Assembly: GCA_976551045.1 (NCBI GenBank)
Contig: CDPCPM010000465.1
Location: forward strand, 2,480,001-2,544,000
Reading direction: 5' to 3'
Source: Glaucostegus cemiculus
Taxonomy: Eukaryota
DNA length: 64,000 nucleotides
Below the pieces are notes generated by a model that saw only the letters and a program-made list of their open reading frames with translations, was not told where the DNA came from and ran no database searches. The translations under genes were made by a program, and so were the position numbers. Position 1 is the stretch's first letter; each line of letters starts with the position of its first letter. This document shows positions 1-13,380 of the stretch, in pieces.

Positions 1-287
1 AAGCCCTTTTGATGACCTAACCTTAACCTATGTCATTTCAAAATGGAGAAGGACTGTCTGGAAGATCATTAAGAATGTTGGTTCCGTTCATCTATTGCAC
101 AGAGAGGTCCAGTGTAAATGGTGAGAAGAGGCAACACATCTCAAACTATCCATCTGACTGCCCCATAAAGGCCCTTCTGCCCCACCTGTGCACATGCCAC
201 ATTCACCTTATCAGCCATCTCAGAGCTCACAGAACTAGGGTGAAAGCAAGTTATCCTCAATATCCAAGGGAAGATATAATATCATAG
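1..287 (+). mobile_element. Degenerate 3' end of an RTE-clade LINE
   Basis: Translation 'LCTCHIHLISHLRAH' resembles the C-terminal zinc-finger tail of RTE ORFs; similar tails at about 13050-13380 (-) and 56190-56430 (+). Confidence 0.55.
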
Positions 288-315
288 TCCTTCCAATCAT
301 TTCAAGTCAAATGCA

Positions 316-815
316 CAGGAATGCAAGAAACCGCAGAGAGTAGTGGACTCTGCGCAATACATCACGGGCACATCCCTCCCCACCATCGGTAGTATCTATA
401 GGAGGCACTGCCTCAAGAAGGCAACATCCATCATCAAAGATCCCCATCACCCGGACCATGCCATCTTCTTGAAGCTACCATCAGGCAACAGATACAGAAG
501 CCTGAAGTACCACCAGGTTCAAGAACAGCTGCTTCCCTTCAACAGTTTGGTTCTTGAACCAACTGGCACAACCCTAATCACTACAGTTTAGCAACACTAT
601 GACCACTTTGATCTCTTTGCACTAAAGTGGACTTTGGTTTTTTTTCTCACTATAATTGTGCTCTTTCTTGTAAAAATTGTGCATATTTATGTTGAATTTA
701 TGTTTTTCTTGTGCATGCTGCTCACATGATGGTATGTACCAGTGATGATGCTGCAATACGTTTTCCATTGCACCTGTACACACAGGTACTTGTGCACACG
801 ACAATAAACTTGACT
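316..815 (+). mobile_element. 5'-truncated Rex1/Babar-type LINE, 3' end
   Basis: ORF 343-591 'DSAQYITGTSLPTIGSIYRRHCLKKATSIIKDPHHPDHAIFLKLPSGNRYRSL' matches the typical Rex/Babar C-terminus; ends in aataaa followed by a short ttgac repeat tail. Confidence 0.8.
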
Positions 816-2479
816 TTGACATTTTACATCAGCAGCAGGATTGATAATCAATTTCTGTATCACAAAGGGATTTGCCAGTTTCATTTTTCACTGCAATATA
901 CAAATGGTTTTATTACTTTCAGCTGGACAGAGACTATGGAGGAGCCAAAGCTCCATTCATTGTAATTATTGTCATTGAAATGTACCATCCCCCACATCAT
1001 GAAGGCTGCAGATTTCTTGATGCTAACAAGATGAGCCTGTCACTGTTCTCTAACTCCCCCAGGCCCATTCAATCTATCTTCCACCTGTGTGAAATTTAGA
1101 AAATTGATTTGAGACTAGCAGGTTAGGCTGATGAATAGGCGTGCAGTAAAAAGCATCCATTTGTAACATTACTTCACAAAGTATGTTCACAGAATCTCAG
1201 TAACCAATAGTAAGCTGATCCATTCTGGGCTGCCTTAAAACGTTTGCTAATATTGGTGTAAATGCAACTGCTAATGTACTACCAGTGCACAACAACAGCT
1301 TGAAGAGAAAGATTCCTTCACAATGCGCTGGGTATTTTCAGTTAGGTGAAAAGCATACCTATGTCCTTCCTGTAGATTGATGCATATTTGAAAAATCCTA
1401 ACTTATACATTTCAGTCACAAGAGACACAGACTGGCGCATTGATGCAGGCAGAAGTGGTATGTACAGCTATTCAACTTGACTTTGTAAAGACATGTTGAA
1501 TTCATACCAAATGTTGGAGGTGCAGCTGCAGTGATCTTCTTGTCCTTGCAAGGACCCGCTGATCCAACTTAAATGCTGCAGATTCTAAACGTGCCAATGC
1601 AGTGGTGACTTTAAATACAGCTGTTCTCTCGTTTAACGGCTGAAATATCCTGCAGAGAGCCAAACTTTATCCATTCAGTGACCTTGGTGCTTTTGAACGA
1701 TATTGAGTACAGAAGCAAGACATAATTTTTCTATATGTCTTTAATATAGGGCAATAATATCTTCATACTAAACCTTGGGGACCATCATCATTTCCTTAAG
1801 ATAAGAACAAGTGGTTTTCTGATTCCCCCATGCTTATGTAGTAGTTATGTAGTGGTTATGTTACAGAGCTTGTGAACCTGAAAGTCCCAAATTGACAGGT
1901 TTTTAAACCTAAATTGCAAACTGGATTGTCTTGTCATTAGGAGCCATTTTTATTAGAACAGAGTGAGTCATGAAGTAATTCAAAATTGGGAGGGATAGAG
2001 TTGGAAACAGACTTCTCCCAGTGGGTGAGAACAGAGAGACACTAGATAGATGATTAAAGATAAGTAATGTGACAGGACATAATCCTTCAAAATGTAAAGT
2101 GACAATGGCCCATTCATTTGTTTTTGGTGGTGCTGAAGGCAGGGAATAAAATTTGATCAGAAAACTGAAAAGAACAATCCCACTGAACTTTCAGATAACA
2201 CCATAGGGCAGCCCACATCCATCTGAAAGAGTTTAGTATCTCTGACACACAGCACTCTGTCACACTCTCCAACTTGTCAAATTCTCCAACTGGAGCTAAT
2301 TTGCTCTTTCTATGTATATCAGAACTTGTCATTTCTGCTATAAATCTATCCATCTGTGGTTTTGGCTCAGTTCTTCTCTCTCAGTACGGCTTGATCTGCT
2401 GGGCATGTCCCATAGCTCTGCTATCAGAGACACACAACACAGACAAACAATCATAATCACCCTCTAAGTGCCCCATTTA

Positions 2480-2690
2480 CCCATTTGATTTGGTCTCACC
2501 CTCCACAGATATTCTCTCAGTCCTCTCCATCCCTCCTGCTACCTTCTCAGCAATTTAAAATTACCTTTATTTATCTCTCTGTCCCACTTCTGACAAAGTG
2601 TTTCCAACCTGATACATTAACTGGTTCTCTTTCCACGCATACTGCCTGACCTGCTGAGTGTTTCTAGCATTTTCTGTTTTTATTTAAGCA
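2480..2690 (+). mobile_element. Decayed Penelope-like element (PLE) terminal-repeat fragment
   Basis: 'actgcctgacctgctgagtgtttctagcattttctgtttttattt' is the recurrent PLE tail motif of this window. Confidence 0.65.
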
Positions 2691-4114
2691 TCGTCTTTTC
2701 TGAATTGAGAGTGTAAATTTATATTATTAAAGTTAAAATCTACAAGTACCTGACTCACCAGAAGGAGTTCTAGCTACTCAGCCACAACTGACTTCTAACA
2801 ATTCTGAAGGAACTGTATCCTGAGAAAATTAATGTCAACTTACTGGTTGGGATATGTCTTTTCAGAGGTCATCACAGTCCGTCTCAAAACTCCTTTTCTG
2901 AAGCTCATCCATAATCTGCTGCCAGCACTAATCTCACACATTCTTGTGTTGAAACCTTAAACTCTCTCCCTATCTCTGTTACTTAGTTCATTGCTGCAAC
3001 CCTCTGAGAACTCTGCACACTTCCAACCCTGGTCTCTTTTACATCCCCACAGGTGATAACACTCTTTAAGCCATCTGATTCCCAAGTTCTGGAATTCCTT
3101 TAACCCATTTGCTTCATTCATTGAGACCTCGGTAAAAATCACGCTGCAGGCAAGTCTCTGTCAAACGTTATTGGCATCTGGTTTTTTGATAGTCTCGGAC
3201 ATTTTCTTCTGTTCAAGGCAATGTAAAAATAGGTTATAGGTGTTGTGAGCAGGGGACACATTTATAGAAGCCGTGAATCCTTTGCACTTATACATTTTTA
3301 CTCACTGGTTTACCTGCCCAGGGAAACAACAGAGCAGCTCAGGCTTATAACTGGCTTTTACATTAACCAGGGTACGAGGAGATCAGTTTCATGAGATATG
3401 AGGTACTTCCTGGATAACAGCATGACACTGATATTTTTGCTATTTCCAATGCAGCGTGACCAAATGAGTCAAATTTCAGTGGATGCAGAAAAATAGTAAC
3501 AGCAGGAACTGTAAAGACACTAAGACAGAGCACATATCACTTCATACTCTATTGATGAGCACACATTGCCTTCACTCTTCAGAGTCATTGGAACGCAAGA
3601 TTGTGTTACAGCAAAAAGCTACGCGCTGGCCAGACATTTTCCCAAAGAGCGACAATGGCGCAGGCCTGTCATCAGATCGAGCGCTGTTCCTTTAGTGGAA
3701 AATTTTACAGCAGCCGCTAATTTCAGTAACGCTGTTGGGATCACGAGCTGTTTATGGACACCTCTAAGCTCATCACTGACCCTCATGAGAGTTCACAAGT
3801 TTGGTGGAGCATCTACAAGCAGCTAATCACTGTGAGTGCCACTCAGAATAAGTTATTGACCATGAAAGTATGGTCACAGCAGAACTGTAGATCATTCAGC
3901 CCCTCAAGATACTTCTGCTGTTCAATAACACCTTAGCTGAACTGTTACTTGACTCCACAAACCTGCCTTTTCCTCTCCATAAACAAGAATCTACCAGCTC
4001 AGATTAAAAAGCAACAATTGACGGCTCATCAATATCTGACCAAATTTCGACCACATTCTACACATCCAAAGTAGAAAGAAACAAAGACCCATTTCTCTAA
4101 CACATTCAGTTGCC

Positions 4115-4385
4115 CTTTCAGGTCATGACAAAGGACTTTACAGCCAATGAAATAATTCCCAGGTGTAGTCCCTGTTGTAGTGTAGGAAACACAGCAGCCA
4201 ATTTATACACAGCAAGTCCAAATAACAATGTGCTAATCTGTTTCAGTGATGTTCACTGAGGGGTAACCGTTAGCCGGGGAGAATATCCGTCTCTTCTTCC
4301 AAACTTTGCCGTGGCATCTTTTGCTTTCACAGAGGGAGCAGATGGGTTTCGTCAGTCTTTCATCTAAAGCATGAAACCTCCAACT
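4115..4385 (-). mobile_element. Deu-domain SINE (AmnSINE1/SacSINE1-like), decayed
   Basis: Reverse complement of the Deu core: 'ctttacagccaatgaaata...tgtagtccctgttgtagtgtaggaaacacagcagccaattt'. Confidence 0.7.
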
Positions 4386-4599
4386 GTGATATTTGTGAGA
4401 ATACCAATTCAGATGAATAATGTTAACTAAAACACATAAACTCTTGGAAATAATTAAAAACATTAAGTGAAAATGATAAATAAAGAAGCTTAACTTTCCA
4501 TTTGCTTCCTAAATCTTTACCCTACAATTCCCATTGAAGTTGATGGGAGTGAGCACAGGTCTAACTGGACAGGATTCAAGAAGCAATTCCCAAACACAA

Positions 4600-4742
4600 T
4601 GGAGACACAAGACACTGCACATGCTGGAATCTGGAGCAACAAACAAACTCAGTGGAACTCAGCAGGTTGAGCAGCGTCTGTGGGGTGAAGGGTTGAGGGG
4701 AAGGAATTGATGTCATTTCAGGTCAAGAATCTGCATCAGAGC
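4600..4742 (-). mobile_element. PLE terminal-repeat fragment with decayed hammerhead core
   Basis: 'ctgcacatgctggaatctggagcaac...gaactcagcagg'; the minus strand reads ctgatgca...tgaaa. Confidence 0.65.
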
Positions 4743-4851
4743 TGTACAACAGGGGATTCCCACAAGGTACAGTAGCTAAATGAAGTCACAGATTCACCTC
4801 TCTGTGCCTCCTGCCCATTGCACCCCTTCCTCGGATTTATCAGAATACCTT

Positions 4852-5010
4852 AGAACACAGAACAGTACAGCACAGCAACAGGCCCTTCGGTCCACCATGT
4901 CTGTGCCAACTACGATACCAATTTAAACTGCACACCTGCCTGCATGTGGTCTTTATCACTGAACTCCTTTCCTGTCTAAAGTTCTCTTAAATATTGCTAT
5001 CATGGACATT
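4852..5010 (-). mobile_element. CR1-type LINE/SINE 3' tail
   Basis: 'agaacacagaacagtacagcacagcaacaggcccttcgg' is the reverse of the CR1 3' end also seen at 8333. Confidence 0.7.
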
Positions 5011-5147
5011 GCTCTTTCTTGGACCTTTATCTTTCACAGGCTCTGCACTGAAGTCTGGAACATGTTTTAGTTTCAATAGTGGACTCCTGATGGCTCTAAA
5101 GAGATCCACAGGCCACAACCAGCACATGAGTCAGAAAGATAGGGAGG

Positions 5148-5149
<2 letters not shown>

Positions 5150-5187
<38 letters not shown>
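5150..5187. repeat. (GA)n microsatellite
   Basis: Direct dinucleotide run. Confidence 0.95.
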
Positions 5188-5189
<2 letters not shown>

Positions 5190-5629
5190 CCTCTTTGGTT
5201 GCCAGCGCCAAATGTGTGAGAGGCTATCAGCCCTAGGCTCTGATGAGTTTCACACATTTGTTTCCACTGACATCAACGGAACACAAAGTGTGAGAGTGGA
5301 GTACAACCAGTGTTCAACACTCGAGTATGCACTTAGCACGAGCAAGCAAAGCCAAACCTCTTCCTAACTAAATTTATGGTTAATGCAGCCGTAATAGAAC
5401 AGTCTGTGTCCTCTATCTACTTCTACCACTGTACCTAGAATAAATTCAATAGGGTAAGCTGCCAGTGAACAATTCTGTTCAGCCGTGGGAGACAGGAATT
5501 TCACTCAACCGGTCATGATCCATAGATTTTCCTACTTTGCTAACGATATTGCCACTGAGTGAAGGTTCAGTCGAAGAATGTTCCCAGCTGAACTAATTAC
5601 TCAACAATAAAAGTCAAATGCAAAATCAA

Positions 5630-5765
5630 GCAATGCAGATGCTGGAAATCTGAAATAAAAACGGAAAATGCTGGAAGGACTTAACCGGTCAGATAATATC
5701 CATAAAGTGAGAAACACAGAGGTAATTATGTTTTATGTTGATGATGAAAGGTGATTGATCTGCAA
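5630..5765 (-). mobile_element. PLE terminal-repeat fragment
   Basis: 'gcagatgctggaaatctgaaataaaaacggaaaatgctggaa' tail motif. Confidence 0.65.
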
Positions 5766-6639
5766 AGAAAAGCTGCAGGTTTAGTGCATCCTTTGTACAT
5801 TCTCATGTATCACTCACTTGTGTTCTGACAGATAGAATAGCATTCAACAAGAGTCACCATTGTTTGGTATGCATTTCTTTAGATCCAATAACACTCTTAT
5901 CTGTTTCACCTACTTTATTCAATGGAATGATTCAGTAAGAGTGCTCACCAGTTCCTCAAAGGCAGCTCTTATTAACGTCACCCAGATTCTGGGAATGGCT
6001 TAAAAAGGAACACTTCCCAGTGACTGTGGAATGATGCCACGGAAAAAAAGAAACAACCTTCAGCGTTGCTAAACAACACATGCAAGCTCTGATAATAAAT
6101 ATAAATACTTCTCGGTATGTTATAAAGAATAAAAACATGGCTGTCAGGGATAGAAGGCACTAATTCAATCTATAAGTTCTAGTGACATTGAATACCACAC
6201 GTGCTTTGCCCTTGATTCATGACACCAGTGGAATCCCTTTGATTCATTCCTGTTGGTATCTTACCATAGGTCATCCATTACCTTGTACAGAGGATGTAGA
6301 CCCTCATGGCACGGTAGGGACATCACACAGGGACAGGAACTTGACAATACCTAGCATCTTTTTCATTTCTAAATAATCTCCGACCATCTAGTCTCTTTTA
6401 ATTCTTAATTCTTTGTGGATGAGTTATCAAAACATTTTTTTTTCCTGACAGCATTGGCCTCAACTCTTGGATGATTCCCAAACCCATTTTTTCCTTATAA
6501 AGCATGATTTTCACTGCAGTAATTTGGAAAGATGATTCCATTATAAAAGTCTCCTGATGATGCCTGGTGCTCCGATGATTTTGAAAAAGAAAGGGACAAA
6601 GCCGTCAACAATCAGAACAACCTGCATTTATCTGAAGAC

Positions 6640-6785
6640 AAACACTTAGCAGGTCAGGCAGTATCTGTGGGGAGCAAATGGGTTAATGTTTCAGGTCAAT
6701 AATCCTTCACCAGATCAACCTGAAACTTTCTCTGTTCCTGTAGAATGTTGGCAGCATCCTCCTGTTTTAATTTCAGATTTCTTTC
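6640..6785. mobile_element. Fold-back pair of PLE terminal-repeat fragments
   Basis: Antisense arm 'ttagcaggtcaggcagtatctgtgg...tgtttcaggtc' followed by sense arm 'acctgaaact...cagcatcctcctgttttaatttcagattt'. Confidence 0.55.
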
Positions 6786-7281
6786 AGACACACTATTCAA
6801 CTTCTGCATTTATGCACTGCTCCTTAAGGCAGAAATGTATGGGAGCTTGAGAAAAAAAACAGACCGTGAGCCAAATCCCATCTGTGATGATGGGAGATGA
6901 TGGGAGAGGTGGAGATTTTATGGATAGAATTCCTGTTGATAGTTTGAGCCAGTATAAATGCACACCAGACAAGGATCGGAGATTGGGAGAATGCGCTCTA
7001 AAGCAAACTTCACTGAAATGTTGCACACGACTGTAAGTTTTACAGAGTTCCTTCTTCAATTGAGAAGATATGGATTTCCCCATCCATTGCCTGGATACTG
7101 ACTAATGCCTTAAAATGATTCTAAAAGCATACATTACTCTCAGCCAGAGTCTGATCACTATGAATTCCAGCACTGTAACAATTTTGTTGCAAGTAAGCAG
7201 AGCATTCGATAAGACACTTAAATTTTTTACGTTGGAAAGTCTGAACTTTCTTTCATACTTAACTAAACAGTATATTCATAA

Positions 7282-7956
7282 GATGAAAAACACGATGATG
7301 CTGGAGGAACTCAACAGGCCAGGCAGCATCTGTGGAGAAAAGCAGGCGGTCAATGTTTTAGGTCAGGATCCTTCTTCAGGACTGAAGATAGGAAAAGGGG
7401 AAGCCCGATATATAGGAGGGGAAAGCAGAGCAGTGATAGGTGGACAAAAGAGGGGAGGCGGGGTGGGCACAGGGTGTGATAGGTAGATGCAGGTAAGAGG
7501 TAGCGATGGGCAGGTGCGGGGGAGGAGGGGAGAGCAGATCCACCGGGGGATAGGGCAAAGGTAAGAAAAGAGAAGGAAAAAAGGAGGAAAGGGAAGAGAA
7601 GAAGCATGGTGGGGGGGTGGTGTTTGTGGGGAAGGGGTATGGGGGTTACTTAAAGTGGGAGAATTCAACGTTCATGCCGTTAGGCTGCAAGGTTCCAAGA
7701 CGGAAAATGAGGTCCTGTTCCTCCAGTTTGTGCTTGGAATTCTCCTGGCAGTGGAGGAGGCCGAGGACTGACATATCAGTGATAGTGTGGGAGGGGGAGT
7801 TGAAGTGACTGGCAACGGGGAGGTGCAGGTCGCGGTTGCAGACAGAGCACAAGTGTTCTGCAAAACGGTCACCTTGTCTGCATTTGGTCTCACCAATGTA
7901 GAGGCGGCCACACTTGGAGCACTGAATGCAGTAAATGATACTAAGGGAGGTGGTCC
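7282..7956 (-). mobile_element. 5'-truncated Penelope-like retroelement (GIY-YIG end plus terminal repeat) with 10-bp target-site duplication
   Basis: Flanked by 'atattcataa' at 7272-7281 and 7957-7966; contains a GIY-YIG frame, a pyrimidine-rich 3' region and a mutated hammerhead motif at about 7350-7385. Confidence 0.9.
7646..7954 (-). pseudogene. PLE GIY-YIG endonuclease domain, open frame without a start codon
   Basis: Manual translation: TTSLSIIYCIQCSKCGRLYIGETKCRQGDRFAEHLCSVCNRDLHLPVASHFNSPSH...KLEEQDLIFRLGTLQPNGMNVEFSHFK*, showing IIY/YIG motifs with CxxC and a conserved R, E and N pattern. Confidence 0.88.
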
Positions 7957-8064
7957 ATATTCATAACCTGAACTGTAGAATTAGTGGATTACTTTTTCAG
8001 TTCATTTTTACCCCTGGACCAAATAATCCTGTACCTTTTGTGTACCTCGAAGTAACACACCAAA

Positions 8065-8228
8065 ATCAAGCTTATTGTCATAGGTACAAGTACATGTATG
8101 CACAGGTGCAATGAAAAACTTACTTGAACCATAGAACCATAGAACAATACAGCACAAAACAGGCCCTTTGGCCCACCAAGTTGTGTCGTCCTTCAAATGC
8201 AGAAGCATCACAGGCACATAGCATCACA
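8065..8228 (-). mobile_element. Rex/Babar 3' tail interrupted by a short CR1 3' tail (about 8127-8190)
   Basis: Reverse complement of the tail at 740-810, split by 'gaaccatagaaccatagaacaatacagcac...ggccctttggccc'. Confidence 0.65.
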
Positions 8229-8332
8229 ATTTAATATAATTCCAGGGTCAGATCTGATCAGACTCGAGGGATGTAATTCACCTCTCTCCCTCCTACTTCT
8301 TCCATCCATTTCATACTGGGTGACATCCCATT

Positions 8333-8888
8333 GAACATAGAACATAGAACAGTACAGCACAGGAACAAGCCTTTAAGCCCTTGAACTAATTAAACTAATG
8401 ACGCCAAATTAAACTAATCCCTCCTGCCTGCACATGGTCCATATCCCACCATTATCTGCACATTCACGTGCCCATCTAAGAGCCTCTTAAATACCTCTAT
8501 CATATCTGCCTCCACCACCACCCCTGCACATTCCAGGCACCCACCGCTCTCTGTGTAAAGAAAATTGCCCCACACATCTCCTTTGAACATTTCCCCTCAC
8601 ACCTTAAATGCATGCTCCCTAGCATTAGACATTCTAACCCTGGGAAAAAGATACCAGCTGTCTCCTCTGTCTGTGCCTCTCATAATTTTATAAACTTCTA
8701 TCAAGTCTCCCCTCAGCCTCTGTTGCTCCAGAGAAAACAACCCACGTTTGTCTAACCTCTCTTTACAGCACATGCCCTCTAATCCAGGCAGCATCCTGGA
8801 AAACCTCTTCTGTACCCTCTCCAAAGCCTCCACATGTTTTCTATAATGGGTCAACCAGAATTGAATGCAATACCCCAGATCGCCTAGG
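8333..8888 (-). mobile_element. CR1-clade LINE 3' fragment (ORF2 C-terminus plus 3' UTR)
   Basis: 'YCIQFWLTHYRKHVEALERVQKRFSRMLPGL...LFSLEQQRLRGDLIEVYKIMRG' is the CR1 ORF2 C-terminal signature; ends in a (ttctatg)n tail. Confidence 0.9.
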
Positions 8889-8894
8889 GTATGG

Positions 8895-9010
8895 ACAAGT
8901 GACTGTAGATGCTGGAATCTGGAGCCAAAAACAAACTGCTGGAGGAACTCAGTGGGTTGAGCAGCAAAAGGAATTGTCAATGCTTTGGGTTGAAGCCCTG
9001 CGTCAGGCAT
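8895..9010 (-). mobile_element. PLE terminal-repeat fragment
   Basis: 'gatgctggaatctggagccaaaaacaaactgctggaggaactcag' plus a decayed hammerhead-like motif. Confidence 0.7.
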
Positions 9011-9039
9011 GCATCACCAGGGGTATGTCAGGTTTAAAA

Positions 9040-9375
9040 GTGATCGGGTGGTCTAAACATAACAGAGCACATGGTTGCAGCTGCATTCTTAGCAGAGGGA
9101 TCAATAACTAGGAGCTAGACATTTAAGGGTATTGGTTGAAGTATTAGAGAGCAGTTTAATTCAGCCTTAAGATTGTTGGTGGTCTGGAACACACTGCTGG
9201 AAGCAGGGTGAATGTAGAAACATATCAGTCGTAAAGGGTGTGGATGATCACCTGATGTGACATAACCTATAGGACTATGGACCAAGGTCTGGGAATTGAG
9301 ATCCGTCTGCATGATTCCTTCTGACTGGCATGGACACAAGGGGTCTTTCTGTGTTGCAAATATCTGTGATTCTAT
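9040..9375 (+). mobile_element. Old CR1 3' fragment
   Basis: 'actaggagctagacatttaagg...gtctggaacacactgctgg...tgtgattctatg'. Confidence 0.5.
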
Positions 9376-10717
9376 GTTCCTATCTGCTGACTATTAGAGT
9401 CAAATTTACAGCCAGATAACATAAACAAAGTATAAATCCACCCCAGCACAGATCAGAGATTGGCAGCCAGTGTACAAGTGCACTCTAGGACAATCTTTCA
9501 TTGAAATGCCAAACATAACAGCAAATTTCACAGAATTCCTTATTAGATTGGGAGGATGTGATTTCCCCTAAACATTGCATGGATTTGGGTTGATGCCATT
9601 GCTTCAATACAAATCTGATCATTGAAGCTTCAGGAATGAAAATTTCAAAGTTCACGTTCTTTGTTCCTTTGTTGTTTTGTGTTTAGAGAGTTGCAGCAAG
9701 ACAGCTAACACCTTTTCTTCTGACATCCCATCTTATTGCCATTCTTGCACTGAAAGACAACAAGGAGTGTTCAGGATCGTCCGCTACCCTCTAATCCAGC
9801 CTGTCCTGACAAGCCGCTCACTGCTGCCTGCATTATGCAGGACCACCCCAGAAAGACAAATGGTTTGAACAAGACAGTGACTTTACCTAATCCCCAGAAA
9901 GTAACATAAACAGACTAATCCCCTATCTATCTCCCCATCTACTAATGTACAATCTTCCCGTTGTACATCTTCTACTACATTTAACTGTTCTCTTATGGCA
10001 TCTTGGTTAAAAAAAACACACTGAAACATTTACAAGCTAACATCTCAAATATCAGAGCTGTTACCCAGCCAAGGTATTAATAGATTATTTGAATTATTAA
10101 AATGTTGCATTAAGAATGGTGGCAGAATAAAGCGATACCAAATCACACCATTGCAGACAAGCTGACTCTTCCCACTCTTATCTGTGTTCCTCCAACGTTT
10201 GTCACTTGTCCGTCCTCTTCTTCCATCGTCTCATTTCTGACAGCTGTGCCGATAGCAACCTAGATCCTAAGTCATGGAATTTACTGCCTCTCTCTGCTCC
10301 CTTAAAATAGGTACACCTTTGACCAAAGATTTTGCCCCAGTGAATCTCTCTTCAGCCGGTTATTTTCTGCAGATACTGCTCTTTTTCCAGCTTGGGGCTC
10401 TTACTGTGTTAGACGTACTGTATAATTGTGAGTTATCATCATTGTATGACCTGCTGACCAGAAGGATAAGCTCTTGTTTAGATGAATGACTCTCTCAGTT
10501 GCAATAGGAACTGTGGAGAGAAACTTCAAACAATGACAGGGAGGATACAAGCAAAAGCTCCTTTGGATGCAACAGTGACAAGAAATGAAGTGCAAAGCCT
10601 AACATGGCCTAATGCTTCATTTGCAATGATGATTTGCTTGTTTATATGTTTGGAATAAATGTTCTAATCAACAGAATGATAATGTTTAATTAACTGAACA
10701 ACAGGCCAGTTCAGCGA

Positions 10718-10812
10718 GAGGATGGGAGAAAGAGAGGAAGGGAAGAAAGGATTGCAAAAAAAAGGAAAGAAAGTAGGAAAGGAAGGAGGAAAGAAAGGGA
10801 GGTTAGAGGGAA
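10718..10812. repeat. Purine-rich (GA-rich) low-complexity tract
   Basis: Almost entirely A/G on the plus strand. Confidence 0.8.
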
Positions 10813-11594
10813 CATCTGTTGAAGACCAAGGAAAAAATGAAGAAGTCATCTAAATCTCATGAGAATCACATTAGGTGCAGGAGAAAGATCATCCAAAGAA
10901 CCAGTTTGGATTTGGTGCACTTAAGCATAGGGTACTGTGCTTCTATGTGAGTAGTTGGTCACAGCACCAATTTATTGGATGTGCATCGAAACATAACCAT
11001 GCAAATCATTACCAGAACATTGAAGTCACTTGCATTTGACTGGTCCCCAACAGTGGTGAACATCCTTATCCCAAATATTATGGGACTTGCTTCTGTAATC
11101 TTTGTCACTGATTGCATTCCTGTAAACCTGATCAGCAAGATGCACCTTGGTATGCCAGTATTGTGGCTCAAATCAAGGAAACTCCAGAGGTGCACCTCAG
11201 TTAATGGGAGGGCAACAATGGAAGTCTAAATTTAACAATAAAAGTGTTTCAAACAAAGACTTCATCAACAATCCATTGGAACCGGCGGCTCAATTAGACC
11301 TTCCACTGAAAACTTGAATGGGCTTTTACCAGATACAAACCAGAGAGGAAGATTGGCAACTTTTCACACCAATAGAAACTCAAATCTATCTATGACTTCA
11401 GAAACAAGAGTCAAACAATGAAACATATCATCAAAGACTGCCTGCCTCGCCAGATCCATAATATGGTTTCAAAATCTAGACATCAGTACATAAGTTGCTC
11501 CCACAATAAAAGGAAAGAGGGCATCTCAAAGAGCTGTAAAGACAACCAAGTACCTTTCTTTCTGATTCATTGTCATTGTTTTTGTGCAAAAAAG

Positions 11595-11830
11595 GCAGCA
11601 CTTTGTACACAGCAAGCTGCAAAAACGAACATTGAGATAAATGAACAATTCAGAATTTTACATGCAGTTTGAAAGCCAAATATTGACCTGGATATTAGGA
11701 AATCATGTTACTCTTCTTCCACATTTGCCCTGGGATATTTTACTTATGCCTGGGATGGCAGATGGGCATTTAGTTCAAGACTCACCCGAAGAACAGCTCC
11801 ACCAACAGTGCAGTTCTCCCAGAATAGAAT
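11595..11830 (-). mobile_element. Deu-domain SINE, decayed
   Basis: 'ggcagcactttgtacacagcaagct...ctcttcttcc...tgggatatttt...gcagatggg' parallels the copy at 4115-4385. Confidence 0.55.
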
Positions 11831-13049
11831 CCAGCAACACTGCATTCTTAATAAATGACTGGGACCTGTTGACATCCAAAAATGAAAAGGATGCAAGCCC
11901 TTACTGTGACTGACCTAACACTTACCAACTGAGGTCATGTCTGGTGTCAGCTGCGTATATATCAATGTTAATCTGAAATGTTATGTCCCATCAAGGTACA
12001 AGGTCATCATTTCTTAAGAAAGCGTTCTAAATGGGAACCATAAAAGTACCCAGAAGCAACCTGAAGCTGAATGAGTTAATGTGGTTTAGCAATACATGAA
12101 TAGGTTCTTCATTTAAAATTTCAAGTCTTTTAAAGGAATGCAGTAGTATGAGTGCTCCTTAATGAATCCATAGTATACTTTCTATCTTCAAAGTAGGATC
12201 TGACATTCACTACATGTTGAACCTCTGGACAATTCAATTGGCAGTGGGGGGTGGATTTGGTGAAAATAAATCATTTTAAAAGTAATTAACTATTTCATAT
12301 ACTTTATTTAATTGGTACAAAATTGCTCTGCCATTCTGTGAAAAGATGTGTTGAACTTCAATTCGGGAGATTAAGTACAGAGCTTACTTTGGCCATACCA
12401 ATTTATAATAGGATCTACTTCCAATTGTGTGCTGGTTATTAGTCGAAACTGGTGCTGCGCATGAGGTGTATTAAGCAGATTAGCAACCAGTGTATAATGA
12501 AAAATAAAGTACATTCTGATGTAATCTAATGGACCTTAAACGTACTGGGATGTCACTCAATCATCTGTCTCCTCACTAATCCTGCTCTTCACCATCATTT
12601 TTCCTCCCCTTTTGTGTATTGGAATGTCTAAATGCTCACAATTTGTTCAGTGGTGCAAATAAAACAGGAGAAACTTGGAACGGCTGTCGAGTTAATTCAG
12701 GCCATCTGCACCCTGGCGACACAGAAAGCACTTTGCTCATCAATCAGGAATGGAAAGAAAGTAAAGCAGAGAAAAAAAGGAAAAGCTAATGAAACAATTT
12801 AAGTACAGAAACTTTTAAGGAACTGTACAAGCAGGCAAAAGCACCATGACTAAGGGCACAGAATATGTGAAAGATGAAGATAGGCTGCCTTGAAAGATTC
12901 AAAGCAAGGTACAGTGGGGAAATACAATACACCTTTGAATAATAACAGGACGATTGAATCTGGACCACTGAATAAGACAAATTCCAACATTACTACATGA
13001 CCTTTATCACTATTTGGGGATCACATTATATGACTCTCACTATTTTAAA

Positions 13050-13380
13050 TTCTTTACTTCTTTGCAGCCCCTTGGGGTTGAGAATGACTTGCTTCCATTG
13101 TAGTTTGGGGGCATCTGAGCTGGCTGGGGTGTTTGACGCAAGAAGAGCAGACTCTGCCACAGGTCGGCCAGATGCAACAGCTGGTGCTTGGTGGGTTAGG
13201 TGGATGGGCTTTTCATTGCATTTCACATGGCCTCTGCGCCCTCCCTTCAAAGATGCCCGAGTGGCTCAGTAGGTCCCAGGATGCTCCTGCTCCAGTGACA
13301 ATGGTCGCAGGCCTGAAGTCTCATGAGTCAGTAAGAATGTTACATTTTATTAATGAGACTTTTGGAACATCTGGACAGTA
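13050..13380 (-). mobile_element. RTE-type LINE 3' fragment
   Basis: 'cagccccttggggttgagaatgacttgcttcca' resembles the reverse of the tail at 240-285. Confidence 0.5.
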
